Source: Nitrosospira multiformis ATCC 25196
GTDB taxonomy: Bacteria; Pseudomonadota; Gammaproteobacteria; Burkholderiales; Nitrosomonadaceae
NCBI RefSeq assembly: GCF_000196355.1
Contig: NC_007614.1
Span: forward strand, 450,001 to 482,000
DNA length: 32,000 nt
Reading direction: 5' to 3'
Part shown: piece by piece, positions 8,663-17,208 of the stretch
Layout of the letters: every line of letters begins with the position of its first letter
Position numbering within the stretch: position 1 is the first letter of the stretch
Notes under the pieces: generated by a model
Seen by the model: the letters and a program-made list of their open reading frames with translations, nothing else
Database searches by the model: none
Told to the model about the DNA's origin: nothing
Program-made: the position numbers and the translations under genes

Positions 8663-10567
8663 TCATGCCAGCCTGCGGCTTTGCGGATGAGCAGATTCTA
8701 CTGTAGTTCCGGTGCGTGTCTGTTTCCTGGAAGTGGACGCTATTACGAGGCGGAAGAAATCAACCAGTTCTGGGACATGATGATCGAATGTGAACAGGTG
8801 CCGCTGCTGCCAGACCCGCTCACGCGTCGCTCGCAACTGCTTGCAGTCGCGCAACTGTGCGGCGAGCTCATCCACGGTATCAAAAAAAATTCCAATATCA
8901 AGCTGCTTTGCTAATGTACGAGTGGCGACGAGAGCATCCTCATTCGCCTTCTGCAGCATCGGCAGGCCGGCCGCTGCAAGGGTACTCAGCCTTGCCGGGT
9001 AGTTCAGGTCATCCCAGTTTGCCCGCCTGATTTCCCCTCTGTTGCTGCTTTCGAAGAGATGCAGCCAGCCCGCGTCATATTGGGAGAACTCGGCAGTCCA
9101 GTGACTTTGATCCACGTTCGGGTGTAAATGCAGGTAGTCTGGCGCGATTGCTTGGGTTTTTTCAATCCATTGCAGCCATTGTCCATGGGTTATCTCCCCA
9201 TAAAAATGCAGATGAATGCCATGGTGGGCCAACTCCGCAACATGATGCGGATGCAGCCCGATGGGTCGTCCGGGTGATACGGTATGAATATCCCCTTCGC
9301 TTTCAGAACGCAGCGGCGCACGAGGCTGATCAAACCAGTCACGCTTCGGCAGGTCTCCATCCAGCACGTGGGTGGGTTTATCCAGCGACAAACCGGGAAT
9401 GATGGTATCAAACCAATCCCGCATTTCGGGGCTGGAGAAGATTTGGCCGTTCGAATACCGGTGCAGGTCGATCAGTTGCGGCCAGGTTCCCTTTTCAAGA
9501 CAGATGAAAGGACCTTCCTTGAAATGCCAGACGAAAGGAATGCCGTGCGTGGCCATCAATACCTCATGTGCAAACGGCACTGCCTGCCAGTTGAGCAATG
9601 CATAGATAACATCAGGCTGCACCTGCTTCACTGCTTCGCGCCAGTTGTCGCGCGGCAGGTCCTCCACATGCCCAAAAGGCATCGGCCCTACCGTGTTGTA
9701 CCAGTACGGGTTCTGCATCCACAGGCCATACAGCTTGTGTCCCCGCTCTTCCAGGGCAAGCACGCGCTCGGCGTTATAGGCCAGTTCTCCTACCAGAAGT
9801 ATTTTCAACCCGTTGTCGGCACGAGGAGTATCCGGCCGTTCGCGCATTTTTCGGTAATGGTCCGCTTCATCGATCCGATGGCCTACGGTTGTATGAAAGC
9901 GCAGCGGTTCTTTGACCCGATAATGGGAGCGAAACGTGTTGATGCCGCCTTCCGGTTCCTGCATGATCTTGTGGCGTTGCATCGGGTGGGAGACCCACTC
10001 GCAGGTAAGAGTTCCGCTTTCGGCAAAAGCGCCGAGGGGCCGCAGCAGGCTCCAGTAGAGGCGCTCAAGATCATCCGACTCCAATTCTGCGCGCTCCACC
10101 CACCGCACCGGCATTTTCCGATGCATGCACTGCACCAGTTGCAAAGGAAATTCCGGAATTTGCCCAATGGCCTCGCGGTTGTAATGGTGGCGAACGCCTG
10201 AACAAGCCAACACAGCGCCTTTCTGCGTCTCGAGGCATGTTTTCAGGCTGCCCAGGTGATCGCGGTAATAAACATCATCGGTTGGCAAGTAAGCGATGAG
10301 CGGCGCTTTTGCTTTGGCAATGCCTTCATTCAGGGTGCGACCCAACCCCCGATTTTCGGGAAAGCGATAGTAATGAATGCGGGTGTCGCCCAGGTATGCC
10401 GATACGACTTCGGCTGTAGCATCCCGTGAACCATCGTCGATGACGACTGCTTCCCAATCCGTCAAAACCTGCGCCTGCAGGCTGTCCAACGCGCGGCCAA
10501 TGAATCGTGCTTGCTCATAAGTGGGAACTACTACGCTGACTGAGGGAGAGTATGTCTGCGGCATCAT
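8663..10567 (-). CDS. Two-domain glycosyltransferase: N-terminal GT2 plus C-terminal GT-B-like domain
   Basis: N-term 'VSVVVPTYEQARFIGRALDSLQAQVLTDWEAVVIDDGSRDAT...YLPTDDVY'. C-term 'KILLVGELAYNAERVLALEERGHKLYGLW ... YPARLSTLAAAGLPMLQKA'. Confidence 0.85.
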   Translation of the reverse strand: MMPQTYSPSVSVVVPTYEQARFIGRALDSLQAQVLTDWEAVVIDDGSRDATAEVVSAYLGDTRIHYYRFPENRGLGRTLNEGIAKAKAPLIAYLPTDDVYYRDHLGSLKTCLETQKGAVLACSGVRHHYNREAIGQIPEFPLQLVQCMHRKMPVRWVERAELESDDLERLYWSLLRPLGAFAESGTLTCEWVSHPMQRHKIMQEPEGGINTFRSHYRVKEPLRFHTTVGHRIDEADHYRKMRERPDTPRADNGLKILLVGELAYNAERVLALEERGHKLYGLWMQNPYWYNTVGPMPFGHVEDLPRDNWREAVKQVQPDVIYALLNWQAVPFAHEVLMATHGIPFVWHFKEGPFICLEKGTWPQLIDLHRYSNGQIFSSPEMRDWFDTIIPGLSLDKPTHVLDGDLPKRDWFDQPRAPLRSESEGDIHTVSPGRPIGLHPHHVAELAHHGIHLHFYGEITHGQWLQWIEKTQAIAPDYLHLHPNVDQSHWTAEFSQYDAGWLHLFESSNRGEIRRANWDDLNYPARLSTLAAAGLPMLQKANEDALVATRTLAKQLDIGIFFDTVDELAAQLRDCKQLRATRERVWQQRHLFTFDHHVPELVDFFRLVIASTSRKQTRTGTTVESAHPQSRRLA

Positions 10568-10681
10568 GTTTCCTTTTTATCGTTGTGTACCTGAGGCCGC
10601 GTTAACCCTTCGCGGATAAGCAAGTTTAATTATAGAAGCAGAGCCAGTATTTTTTAAGGTTCAGTCACATGAATACCTTTT

Positions 10682-12001
10682 TCACCTGTTTTCAATTCTC
10701 GATGCCTGAGCTTGTGTTTCAAGCAGTGTCACATAACGCGGCAATACATCGGACCCGCCCACGTGAAGCATTTCGTTGATGAAGCGTTGCCGGTGTTCCT
10801 CTACATAGAATGAATCGCAGCCATTGGAAAGAAATCCGTCGATTTTCCGGTATACATCATCCCGGCACTTCAATTCCGTCTCCGGCATGAAATGCGCCAG
10901 GGTAGAGCGACCGGCGTGCAGGTAGTCGGCAGCGAGCACCGGTTTTTTTCCTTTGACTGCTTCAAATACTACCGAAGTGGCAAGATCGATAATGACATGG
11001 GCCCAGTTCATCAGATGAACGGAATGGATTTGGTCGGGTGCCACGCTCACATTGGGGAGGTCACGCAACGAGGTATTTCTGGTCAGGGGTTGTCTCCAGC
11101 CGCCACGGGTATGAGGTTTGATCACCAGTTCCACATTCGGAAAAGCTGCAATCATTCCCACAATTTCCTCGACCTCTTCCCAGAAGGTCGTAAAGTTACT
11201 CTTTCTCAGGAATATCAAGACTTTAAGGCCTTTTGTTTTCGTGGACTCCTTCACTCTTTTTGGCTCCTTCCCGGGGTGGATAGCAGGCGGGGCGGGAGAA
11301 AGTTCTGCCAATTTCACCAGCCACTCGTCACAGTAGCGAGGGGAGCCGAGGACGGCGATGGATTGATCGTCCAGGAATGGGCGAAAACGTTCCGCGCATA
11401 ACTCGTTGGGGACCACCAGCTTGTCGAATATGCTTGCTGCGGAGTAGAGGGAATTCGGCTTGAGACTCCGCTCGTGATGCCGTATCAGCTGGCTGGCATG
11501 CGGACTGTCTCCGTGTGGCAACGAAACCGTGCCCAGACCCTTGCTCCGCGCGAGGGAAACAACCACTTCGACCCATTCCACCGAAACAGGCGAATCCCTT
11601 GTGATCCAGTCAAACACCACTACGCCTCTGTCAGCAGCGGTGAAGCTGCGTTCCAGCAATCTGCCGGCAGTGCTGCGCCAGATCGATTGACGCCGGTCTA
11701 CCCTGTACGCGCGAGCAAGTGCATCGACAAGCGGACCCATTATCGATCGTCGCAAGCGGCTGGCCAGAAGCAGTGTCTGTAGCCGCCACCCTAAAAATTC
11801 CCAGGAGGGCAGGAGATCGCGAATATGGGCAACACGCGCCCCCTCCAGTGTACCCAGAAATTCAACACGGTAATCATTACGGAATTTCGGATTGCCTATC
11901 AATACAACATCGCACCGGTGACCGGACTCGAGCCATTTTGAGATAACCGGTGTAATATGGTCTATATCATTGTAATGTCGGAGAAAAAAGAGCGCTTTCA
12001 T
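10682..12001 (-). CDS. TagB/CDP-glycerol glycerophosphotransferase-like surface polysaccharide protein (paralog A)
   Basis: 'MKALFFLRHYNDIDHITPVISKW', 'LGTVSLPHGDSPHASQLIRHHE', 'VVPNELCAERFRPFLDD', 'IKPHTRGGWRQPLTRNTSLRDLPNV', 'HLMNWAHVIIDLATSVVFEAVKGKKPVLAADYLHAGRSTLA'. Co-linear with 27865..29187. Confidence 0.65.
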   Translation of the reverse strand: MKALFFLRHYNDIDHITPVISKWLESGHRCDVVLIGNPKFRNDYRVEFLGTLEGARVAHIRDLLPSWEFLGWRLQTLLLASRLRRSIMGPLVDALARAYRVDRRQSIWRSTAGRLLERSFTAADRGVVVFDWITRDSPVSVEWVEVVVSLARSKGLGTVSLPHGDSPHASQLIRHHERSLKPNSLYSAASIFDKLVVPNELCAERFRPFLDDQSIAVLGSPRYCDEWLVKLAELSPAPPAIHPGKEPKRVKESTKTKGLKVLIFLRKSNFTTFWEEVEEIVGMIAAFPNVELVIKPHTRGGWRQPLTRNTSLRDLPNVSVAPDQIHSVHLMNWAHVIIDLATSVVFEAVKGKKPVLAADYLHAGRSTLAHFMPETELKCRDDVYRKIDGFLSNGCDSFYVEEHRQRFINEMLHVGGSDVLPRYVTLLETQAQASRIENR

Positions 12002-12316
12002 ATAGGAATTGAGGGAAAGGCTTGCGCCGGAAAGTTGTTTTTTGCCATTACTTCATAGCAACCATGCATAAAGACAGTACAGCTGTTTCAGATCGTCAGT
12101 TGTTGCTGCACTTCCCTATGGAAGTTGTTGTCGCAGTTTCTTATGTTTGGTATCGCACGGCTGGTTTTATTCCCGATCATTAAATTTATATGTTAATGTA
12201 ATCGCGCAAATTCTTTAGCGATTTTCAAATTCAGTGACGGAAGTCATTGCCGCTTTTCCATGAGTGTATTACTTTACTTATAGACTATTCGTACGTCCAA
12301 CAGATCAAGGAACACC

Positions 12317-13270
12317 ATGATAAATAAGGAACTGGATGCGGGATACCAGGAAGGTAATATTGTGCAGATGCTGACGATAGAGCCGGGGGCCGACCTGAGG
12401 GCACCCGAGTTGCAGCGTGCGGCAATCGACATGTTGGAAGGGGGTGGTGTCATCTATCTGCCCAAAAGTGGATTTGAGTTGTCCTGCCATGAGAGAGAGC
12501 TGATTTCGGATACGGCGAATATCCTGTCTCGAACGCCAGATGTCGAGGATGGACGTCCAACCATCATTTTTGATCCAGAGCGTGGGCGTATCAAGAAGTA
12601 TCATTATGCCCAAGTGCGGGGAAAGATGATGCGGGCTCAGGTCAAGAACACAGCCCGTCCCCAGATCGAGGCGATGATGTCGCGCTACAGCAAATGGACA
12701 GAGAGTGTCATCACTCAATTGTTTCCCAGCTATCAGGGAGCCTTGGAGCGGAAACGCGTTACTTATCGTCCTTTCCCCCGTAATAACATCCAATCCCTGC
12801 ACATTGATTCAAGCTACGGCTATCCCACCCAGGGACGAGGCATGCTGCGTGTGTTTTCCAATATCAATCCCACTGACAGGCTGCGTATCTGGCAGCTCGG
12901 CGAACCGTTTGAACCCTTCGTGCGGCGCTTTTTGCCTGCCGCGCACCCGAGTGAGCCGAGTTGGATCACCTCTATCCTGGGTCGCCTCGGCATCATAGAC
13001 GGCCCCAAGACCCGATACGACCGTTATATCGCAACGCTGCGTTCGCTCGGCATGCGCGACAAGGAGTACCAGCGGACGGCCCCGCGCAAGATCATGGAAT
13101 TTCCTGCAGGCGCGAGCTGGATTGCGATCACCGATCTGGTGTTGCATGGGGCCATATCGGGGCAGCATAGTCTCGATCAGACCTTCTATTTGCCCGTGGA
13201 GGCGATGAAGGATTCCTCGCGCTCATCATTGCGCATTCTGGAGAGGTTGGCGGGCAAGGCTTTGGTTTAA
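12317..13270 (+). CDS. kdoO: Kdo hydroxylase-like Fe(II)/2-oxoglutarate dioxygenase (3-deoxy-D-manno-oct-2-ulosonic acid hydroxylase family)
   Basis: 'VIYLPKSGFELSCHERELISD', 'LHIDSSYGYPTQGRGMLRVFSNINPTDRLRIWQLGEPFEPFVRRFLP', 'ITDLVLHGAISGQHSLDQTFYLPVEAM' resembles the Kdo hydroxylase family. Confidence 0.8.
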   Translation: MINKELDAGYQEGNIVQMLTIEPGADLRAPELQRAAIDMLEGGGVIYLPKSGFELSCHERELISDTANILSRTPDVEDGRPTIIFDPERGRIKKYHYAQVRGKMMRAQVKNTARPQIEAMMSRYSKWTESVITQLFPSYQGALERKRVTYRPFPRNNIQSLHIDSSYGYPTQGRGMLRVFSNINPTDRLRIWQLGEPFEPFVRRFLPAAHPSEPSWITSILGRLGIIDGPKTRYDRYIATLRSLGMRDKEYQRTAPRKIMEFPAGASWIAITDLVLHGAISGQHSLDQTFYLPVEAMKDSSRSSLRILERLAGKALV

Positions 13271-13464
13271 GCGTGAGAGGTGCCAGTCAGAGGTGACGCA
13301 GCCCCGATAAAATCATGCGGACAATCGTCGGATAAAAGCATCCAGGCGATCAGTTGGAATGAAACTGGGACAAAGTCGCGGGAACGTGTCGGTGGCCATC
13401 CATCTGAATCGGTCATAACCTTATCACCTATGCCCCAGACATTTGGCGCCAATACCAGAATACA

Positions 13465-14769
13465 ATGAGTGCCTGGAGTCTCGACAGAATTACGCAGGCA
13501 TTGAGTGGTGCAATGTGGACGTTTTCCTCTCTGCCTGAGGACAACTCGGCCGCCACTTTCGTCCATCGATGTTTCCGGCGGGAAAGCTGGCGAGGTGCCG
13601 GGTTTCGCGAACGCACCCTCATGTATGCAGCCTTACCGTTTGCGCCATTCGTCACCCTGGTGTTGGCTATCGCCTTCACTGCGCTTAACGGACAGGCTAT
13701 AAAGAAGCGGACCGGAAAAGGGATAATCCGGCAAATCCGGGAACAGTTTGAGATTGCGCTGCGATACGCGATTTTGCCCCCCTGGTATTATATTTTTGAA
13801 CTGCATGACGGCGACAAGCGGCGGCGCGCTTCTGAATACATCAACCGCTTTGAAGTAAAAACCTGCCTCTACCGCATCCTCCGTGACTACAATGGCGGCC
13901 TTCCCATCCCTGCAGAGCGCAGTACCTTCTGCATCAAGGACAAATTATGCTTCCTGTCACGCTGTCGCAGGTTCTCTATTGCCACAGCTCCTGTGTTTTT
14001 GATTGTCTCGAAGGGGGAGATCAAAGCAATTGATTGGGGCGGGTCCCTGCTCCCGGAAACCGATCTGTTCGTGAAACCGCTCCAGGGGGAGAACGGAAGG
14101 AACGCGGTACGATGGGATTATCTGGGTTCGGGGCAATATCGGCGCAACGATGGTAAACACGCCACCGCTCAAGAGGTGCTGGAGGGGTTATGCAAGGCAT
14201 CATGGCGCAGGTCTTTCCTGGTGCAGCCCCGGCTTATTAACCATAGAGAAATTGCCGATCTTGCAAATGGCACCTTGGCGACGATACGGGTAATGAGTTG
14301 CCGCAATGAGCGGGGCGAATTCGAGGCAACCAATGCGGTTTTTCGAATGGCGCAAAATGAGACCGTAGTTGTCGATAACTTTCACAGAGGCGGAATCGCA
14401 GTCAATGTCGATCTTCATACCGGCAAATTGGGAAGGGGCGCCTGCGGAGCGTGGGGATCCACAGGAGGAGGATGGTACGAGCGACATGACAAGACGGGTG
14501 TGCAGATTCTGCACCGCGAGCTTCCGTGCTGGCCCGAGTTGCTCGCGATGGTTCGATACGCCCATGGGAGCGCCTTCTCCGACCAGGTGGTAATCGGCTG
14601 GGATGTTGCCCTGCTCGACAGCGGGCCGTGCATGGTTGGAATCAACAAGGCCCCCGATCTGGACATGATCCAGCGGATAAGCCGGCGTCCGCTGGGTAAC
14701 GAGCGGTTCGGAAAGCTTCTGGCATTCAACCTGGAACGCACTGTCGAGGCTGTGCATCAATCTTCTTAA
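13465..14769 (+). CDS. Sugar-transfer-associated ATP-grasp protein (paralog 1, atypical catalytic motifs)
   Basis: N-terminal membrane-like helix, then an ATP-grasp core: 'ETDLFVKPLQGENGRNAVRW', 'FLVQPRLINH', 'TLATIRVMSCRNERGEFEATNAVFRM', 'QVVIGWDVALLDSGPCMVGINKAPDLDM'. Confidence 0.8.
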   Translation: MSAWSLDRITQALSGAMWTFSSLPEDNSAATFVHRCFRRESWRGAGFRERTLMYAALPFAPFVTLVLAIAFTALNGQAIKKRTGKGIIRQIREQFEIALRYAILPPWYYIFELHDGDKRRRASEYINRFEVKTCLYRILRDYNGGLPIPAERSTFCIKDKLCFLSRCRRFSIATAPVFLIVSKGEIKAIDWGGSLLPETDLFVKPLQGENGRNAVRWDYLGSGQYRRNDGKHATAQEVLEGLCKASWRRSFLVQPRLINHREIADLANGTLATIRVMSCRNERGEFEATNAVFRMAQNETVVVDNFHRGGIAVNVDLHTGKLGRGACGAWGSTGGGWYERHDKTGVQILHRELPCWPELLAMVRYAHGSAFSDQVVIGWDVALLDSGPCMVGINKAPDLDMIQRISRRPLGNERFGKLLAFNLERTVEAVHQSS

Positions 14770-14975
14770 GCGGGTCGGAAGAATCGAAACCAGTGTTCGA
14801 TTATGCTGGCCAGAACGGGAAGGGATTCGAGCCAAGTATTACCTCGATGACGCATTTGTAACCTTGTTTAGATTTCCTAGGTGGTGCTGGCTGGCCAGCC
14901 CTGATTTCTCGGCCGGTTATTTGCCTATACTCCCGCTCTCCAGCTTGTTTATATTGCCTGCATGAGCCCTATTCG

Positions 14976-16271
14976 ATGAATGAGAAAGTCACAGTTCCTT
15001 GCAGTCCGATATACGAAGCGCGCGCGTGGCAAGAGGTCGCCGCAAAGTTTGTGCTGCTGTTTTTCGGCATCGCTTTATGGAGCAAATGGCTGAGCCTGGG
15101 TACCGGTATCCTTCTGACCTTCATCTGGATTCTCGATAGCGGCCCTCGCAGGCTCGGCCAGATCATTAGAGAGCCACTCGTGCTGGGAATACTCCTTCTG
15201 TGTGCGGTAGTGGCGGTGGGACTCCTTTGGGCAGATTATCCGGAGGCAGGGCGAATGAAATGGAGGCGATATTTTGGCTTCCTGGTTTTCATCCCGTTTT
15301 TATCGCTTCTCAATAGACACCGCTTGCCTTGGGCGATTGCCGGCCTGCTCACGGGTTACATCATTGTCCTGTTGTCAGGTGTTTACCAATGGGCTGTTTC
15401 CGGAGTGCAAGGCATCCCCCCACTTAACATCAGCTATCTCGTGTTTTCCTCCCTGCTGGGGATCGGTGTCATTCTTTTACTCTACCTTGCCACGGCCATC
15501 GGCGAGATAAAATGGAAATGCGTCTTGGGGCTCGGGAGCTTGTTTTTATTGCTGATCCAGTTTGGGCAATATGGACGCGGTCCCTTGCTGGCCACGCTTC
15601 TTGCCGTTTTTTTGATGGTTTTCCTGACTTATAAAACGGAAAGAAAAGCACTCCTGGGTATCATTGCATCGCTGACTATTGTGGTTGCGGTTCTGGTATA
15701 CGGCAGTAACAGCTTTCAGGCCAGACTTGAGCAGGTGGAGGTCGAAGCCAAGTTGTCCCAGCAGGGAAAATACGATACCAGCCTGGGCTACCGGCTGGCT
15801 ATGTGGGATGTCGGCCTGCACGGAATTCTGGAGCATCCGTTCTTTGGCCATGGCACCGGGATGCCGGAAAGCTATTTCGAAAAAACCGTGGCAACCTATA
15901 AGGGCGGAATTTACAGGGATTTACCCCAGTATGTAGGAGCGTCTCATTATCATAATGACTGGATCGAGATTGGAATGCATACGGGCGCACTGGGAATTCT
16001 GGCTTACGGCTTTTTCCTGTGGAGCTGGTTTCAGACACTGAGAGCGCACCGTCTTCCAGTTCTAGGGGCGGCTTTGGTGTTCTTCATCTTCCTCTCCGGT
16101 TTGACGGATACTTTTGCCCTTTACAGCAAGATTCCTACCTTTCTCGTGGTCATCACCGCCATAGCCATAGCCTGGCAGAAGGAAGGAAATTGGCGGAAAA
16201 ATCAGGAAGCTTCATTCAGCAACTCCCTGCCCGCCCGGTCTCCCGGGCCTGAACGGCTAGAGAATATATGA
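14976..16271 (+). CDS. O-antigen ligase family protein (Wzy_C/WaaL-like polytopic membrane protein)
   Basis: 431 aa with many hydrophobic segments. Contains 'GRGPLLATLLAVFLMVFLTY', 'GYRLAMWDVGLHGILEHPFFGHGTGMPESYF', 'ASHYHNDWIEIGMHTGALGILAYGFFLWSWF' (ligase/polymerase periplasmic loop with HNDW). Confidence 0.88.
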   Translation: MNEKVTVPCSPIYEARAWQEVAAKFVLLFFGIALWSKWLSLGTGILLTFIWILDSGPRRLGQIIREPLVLGILLLCAVVAVGLLWADYPEAGRMKWRRYFGFLVFIPFLSLLNRHRLPWAIAGLLTGYIIVLLSGVYQWAVSGVQGIPPLNISYLVFSSLLGIGVILLLYLATAIGEIKWKCVLGLGSLFLLLIQFGQYGRGPLLATLLAVFLMVFLTYKTERKALLGIIASLTIVVAVLVYGSNSFQARLEQVEVEAKLSQQGKYDTSLGYRLAMWDVGLHGILEHPFFGHGTGMPESYFEKTVATYKGGIYRDLPQYVGASHYHNDWIEIGMHTGALGILAYGFFLWSWFQTLRAHRLPVLGAALVFFIFLSGLTDTFALYSKIPTFLVVITAIAIAWQKEGNWRKNQEASFSNSLPARSPGPERLENI

Positions 16272-16285
16272 CATGGCGCCGGCTA

Positions 16286-16399
16286 GGTATGCTTTTCCTC
16301 TGCGCACTTGGGCGAGATTTGCCGATATTCCTTGCCCAGGTATCCATGTGCGATGCGATAGTATACCCCCCGCAGCGATTTACCGTTCTCCGTGATGGC
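16286..16399 (-). pseudogene. Stranded 3' end (38 codons; TAG stop at 16283..16285) of the glycosyltransferase gene 17209..19149, cut off by the IS
   Basis: Removing 843 bp of IS plus one TA copy restores one frame: ...DPVRQL|AITENGKSLRGVYYRIAHGYLGKEYRQISPKCAEEKHT*. The restored stop lies just beyond the convergent 14976..16271 stop. Confidence 0.88.
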
Positions 16400-16414
16400 T
16401 AGGCTCAGGACTCA

Positions 16415-16789
16415 TTAATTGAGATAGAAGATGACAGTTGCGGCGATACAGATGGCAGAGAAGAAGGTATGGGCACAGCGGTCGTAACGCATGGCGATCC
16501 TGCGCCAGTCCTTGAGCCGAGCGAACATGTTCTCGATCCTGTGCCTTTGCCTGTAGAGGGTCTTGTCGTATTTGATCTGGATTTTGCGATTCCTTTTTGT
16601 CGGTATGCAGGGCGTCATGCCTTTGGCACGCAACGCTGCCCGGAACCAGGCAGCGTCATAGCCGCGGTCTGCAATCAGGGTTTTGGCTTTGGGCAATGAC
16701 GGCAGCAGCACACGTGCTCCCTTGTAATCGCTCATCTGCCCTTCGGACAGGAGCATGGCCACAGGCTTGCCCTGACCGTCGCAGACCAC
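16415..16789 (-). CDS. IS5-family transposase, ORF B (C-terminal part, expressed by -1 frameshift from ORF A)
   Basis: 'MVCDGQGKPVAMLLSEGQMSDYKGARVLLPSLPKAKTLIADRGYDAAWFRAAL...YRQRHRIENMFARLKDWRRIAMRYDRCA'. DDE transposase C-terminus with the second D (ADRGYD) and E (IENMFARLK). Confidence 0.93.
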   Translation of the reverse strand: MVCDGQGKPVAMLLSEGQMSDYKGARVLLPSLPKAKTLIADRGYDAAWFRAALRAKGMTPCIPTKRNRKIQIKYDKTLYRQRHRIENMFARLKDWRRIAMRYDRCAHTFFSAICIAATVIFYLN

Positions 16790-16803
16790 ATGAAGCTTCG
16801 AGT

Positions 16804-17172
16804 TCAGGCCGCCCTTTGTGCGACCGATACGGCGGGGAACATCCCCTTTTTTAGCAGGCTGGCTGCCGTGCGGTGGGCCTTCAGATGCGTGGCGTCGATC
16901 ATCAGCCTCTCGGGCGTTTCCTCTTTACCGGTCAGTTCCACAAAGATGCGGTTGAACACGCCCAGTCGGCTCCAGCGCACGAAACGGTTATACAGTGTCT
17001 TGTGCGGCCCGTATTCCCTGGGGGCATCCTTCCATTGCAGGCCATTCCGAATGACGTAGATGATCCCGCTGATCACCCGCAGATCATCAACACGGGGAAC
17101 TCCGTGGGACAAGGGAAAATAAGGTTTTATACGGTTGAACTGTGTTTCCGACAGGTAAAACAAATCTCTCAT
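16804..17172 (-). CDS. IS5-family transposase, ORF A (N-terminal part)
   Basis: 'MRDLFYLSETQFNRIKPYFPLSHGVPRVDDLRVISGIIYVIRNGLQWKDAPREYGPHKTLYNRFVRWSRLGVFNRIF...MIDATHLKAHRTAASLLKKG' is typical of IS5-family transposases. The frame diverges after the A6 run at 16847..16852. Confidence 0.93.
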   Translation of the reverse strand: MRDLFYLSETQFNRIKPYFPLSHGVPRVDDLRVISGIIYVIRNGLQWKDAPREYGPHKTLYNRFVRWSRLGVFNRIFVELTGKEETPERLMIDATHLKAHRTAASLLKKGMFPAVSVAQRAA

Positions 17173-17208
17173 GGCAGCACCTCCGCCATAAGTGAATCAC
17201 ATTTGATC

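Noticed and set aside
10892-11401. ORF 10892..11401 (+), 169 aa, and similar long antisense ORFs such as 9284..10201, 17248..17781, 24304..24987 and 27160..27585
   Set aside because: Each lies opposite a well-supported CDS with recognisable family motifs, and its translation has no recognisable domain. These are typical high-GC antisense shadow ORFs.
12064-12183. 39-codon ORF MHKDSTAVSDRQLLLHFPMEVVVAVSYVWYRTAGFIPDH* in the intergenic region before the Kdo hydroxylase-like gene
   Set aside because: Short, no recognisable domain and no sequence similarity to the 27560..27694 small ORF. Insufficient evidence of coding.
16415-17172. Transposase considered as a pseudogene because it is split into two ORFs
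   Set aside because: The split coincides with an A6G slippery run and a -1 slip restores the full transposase. This is the expected organisation for this IS group, so decay need not be invoked.
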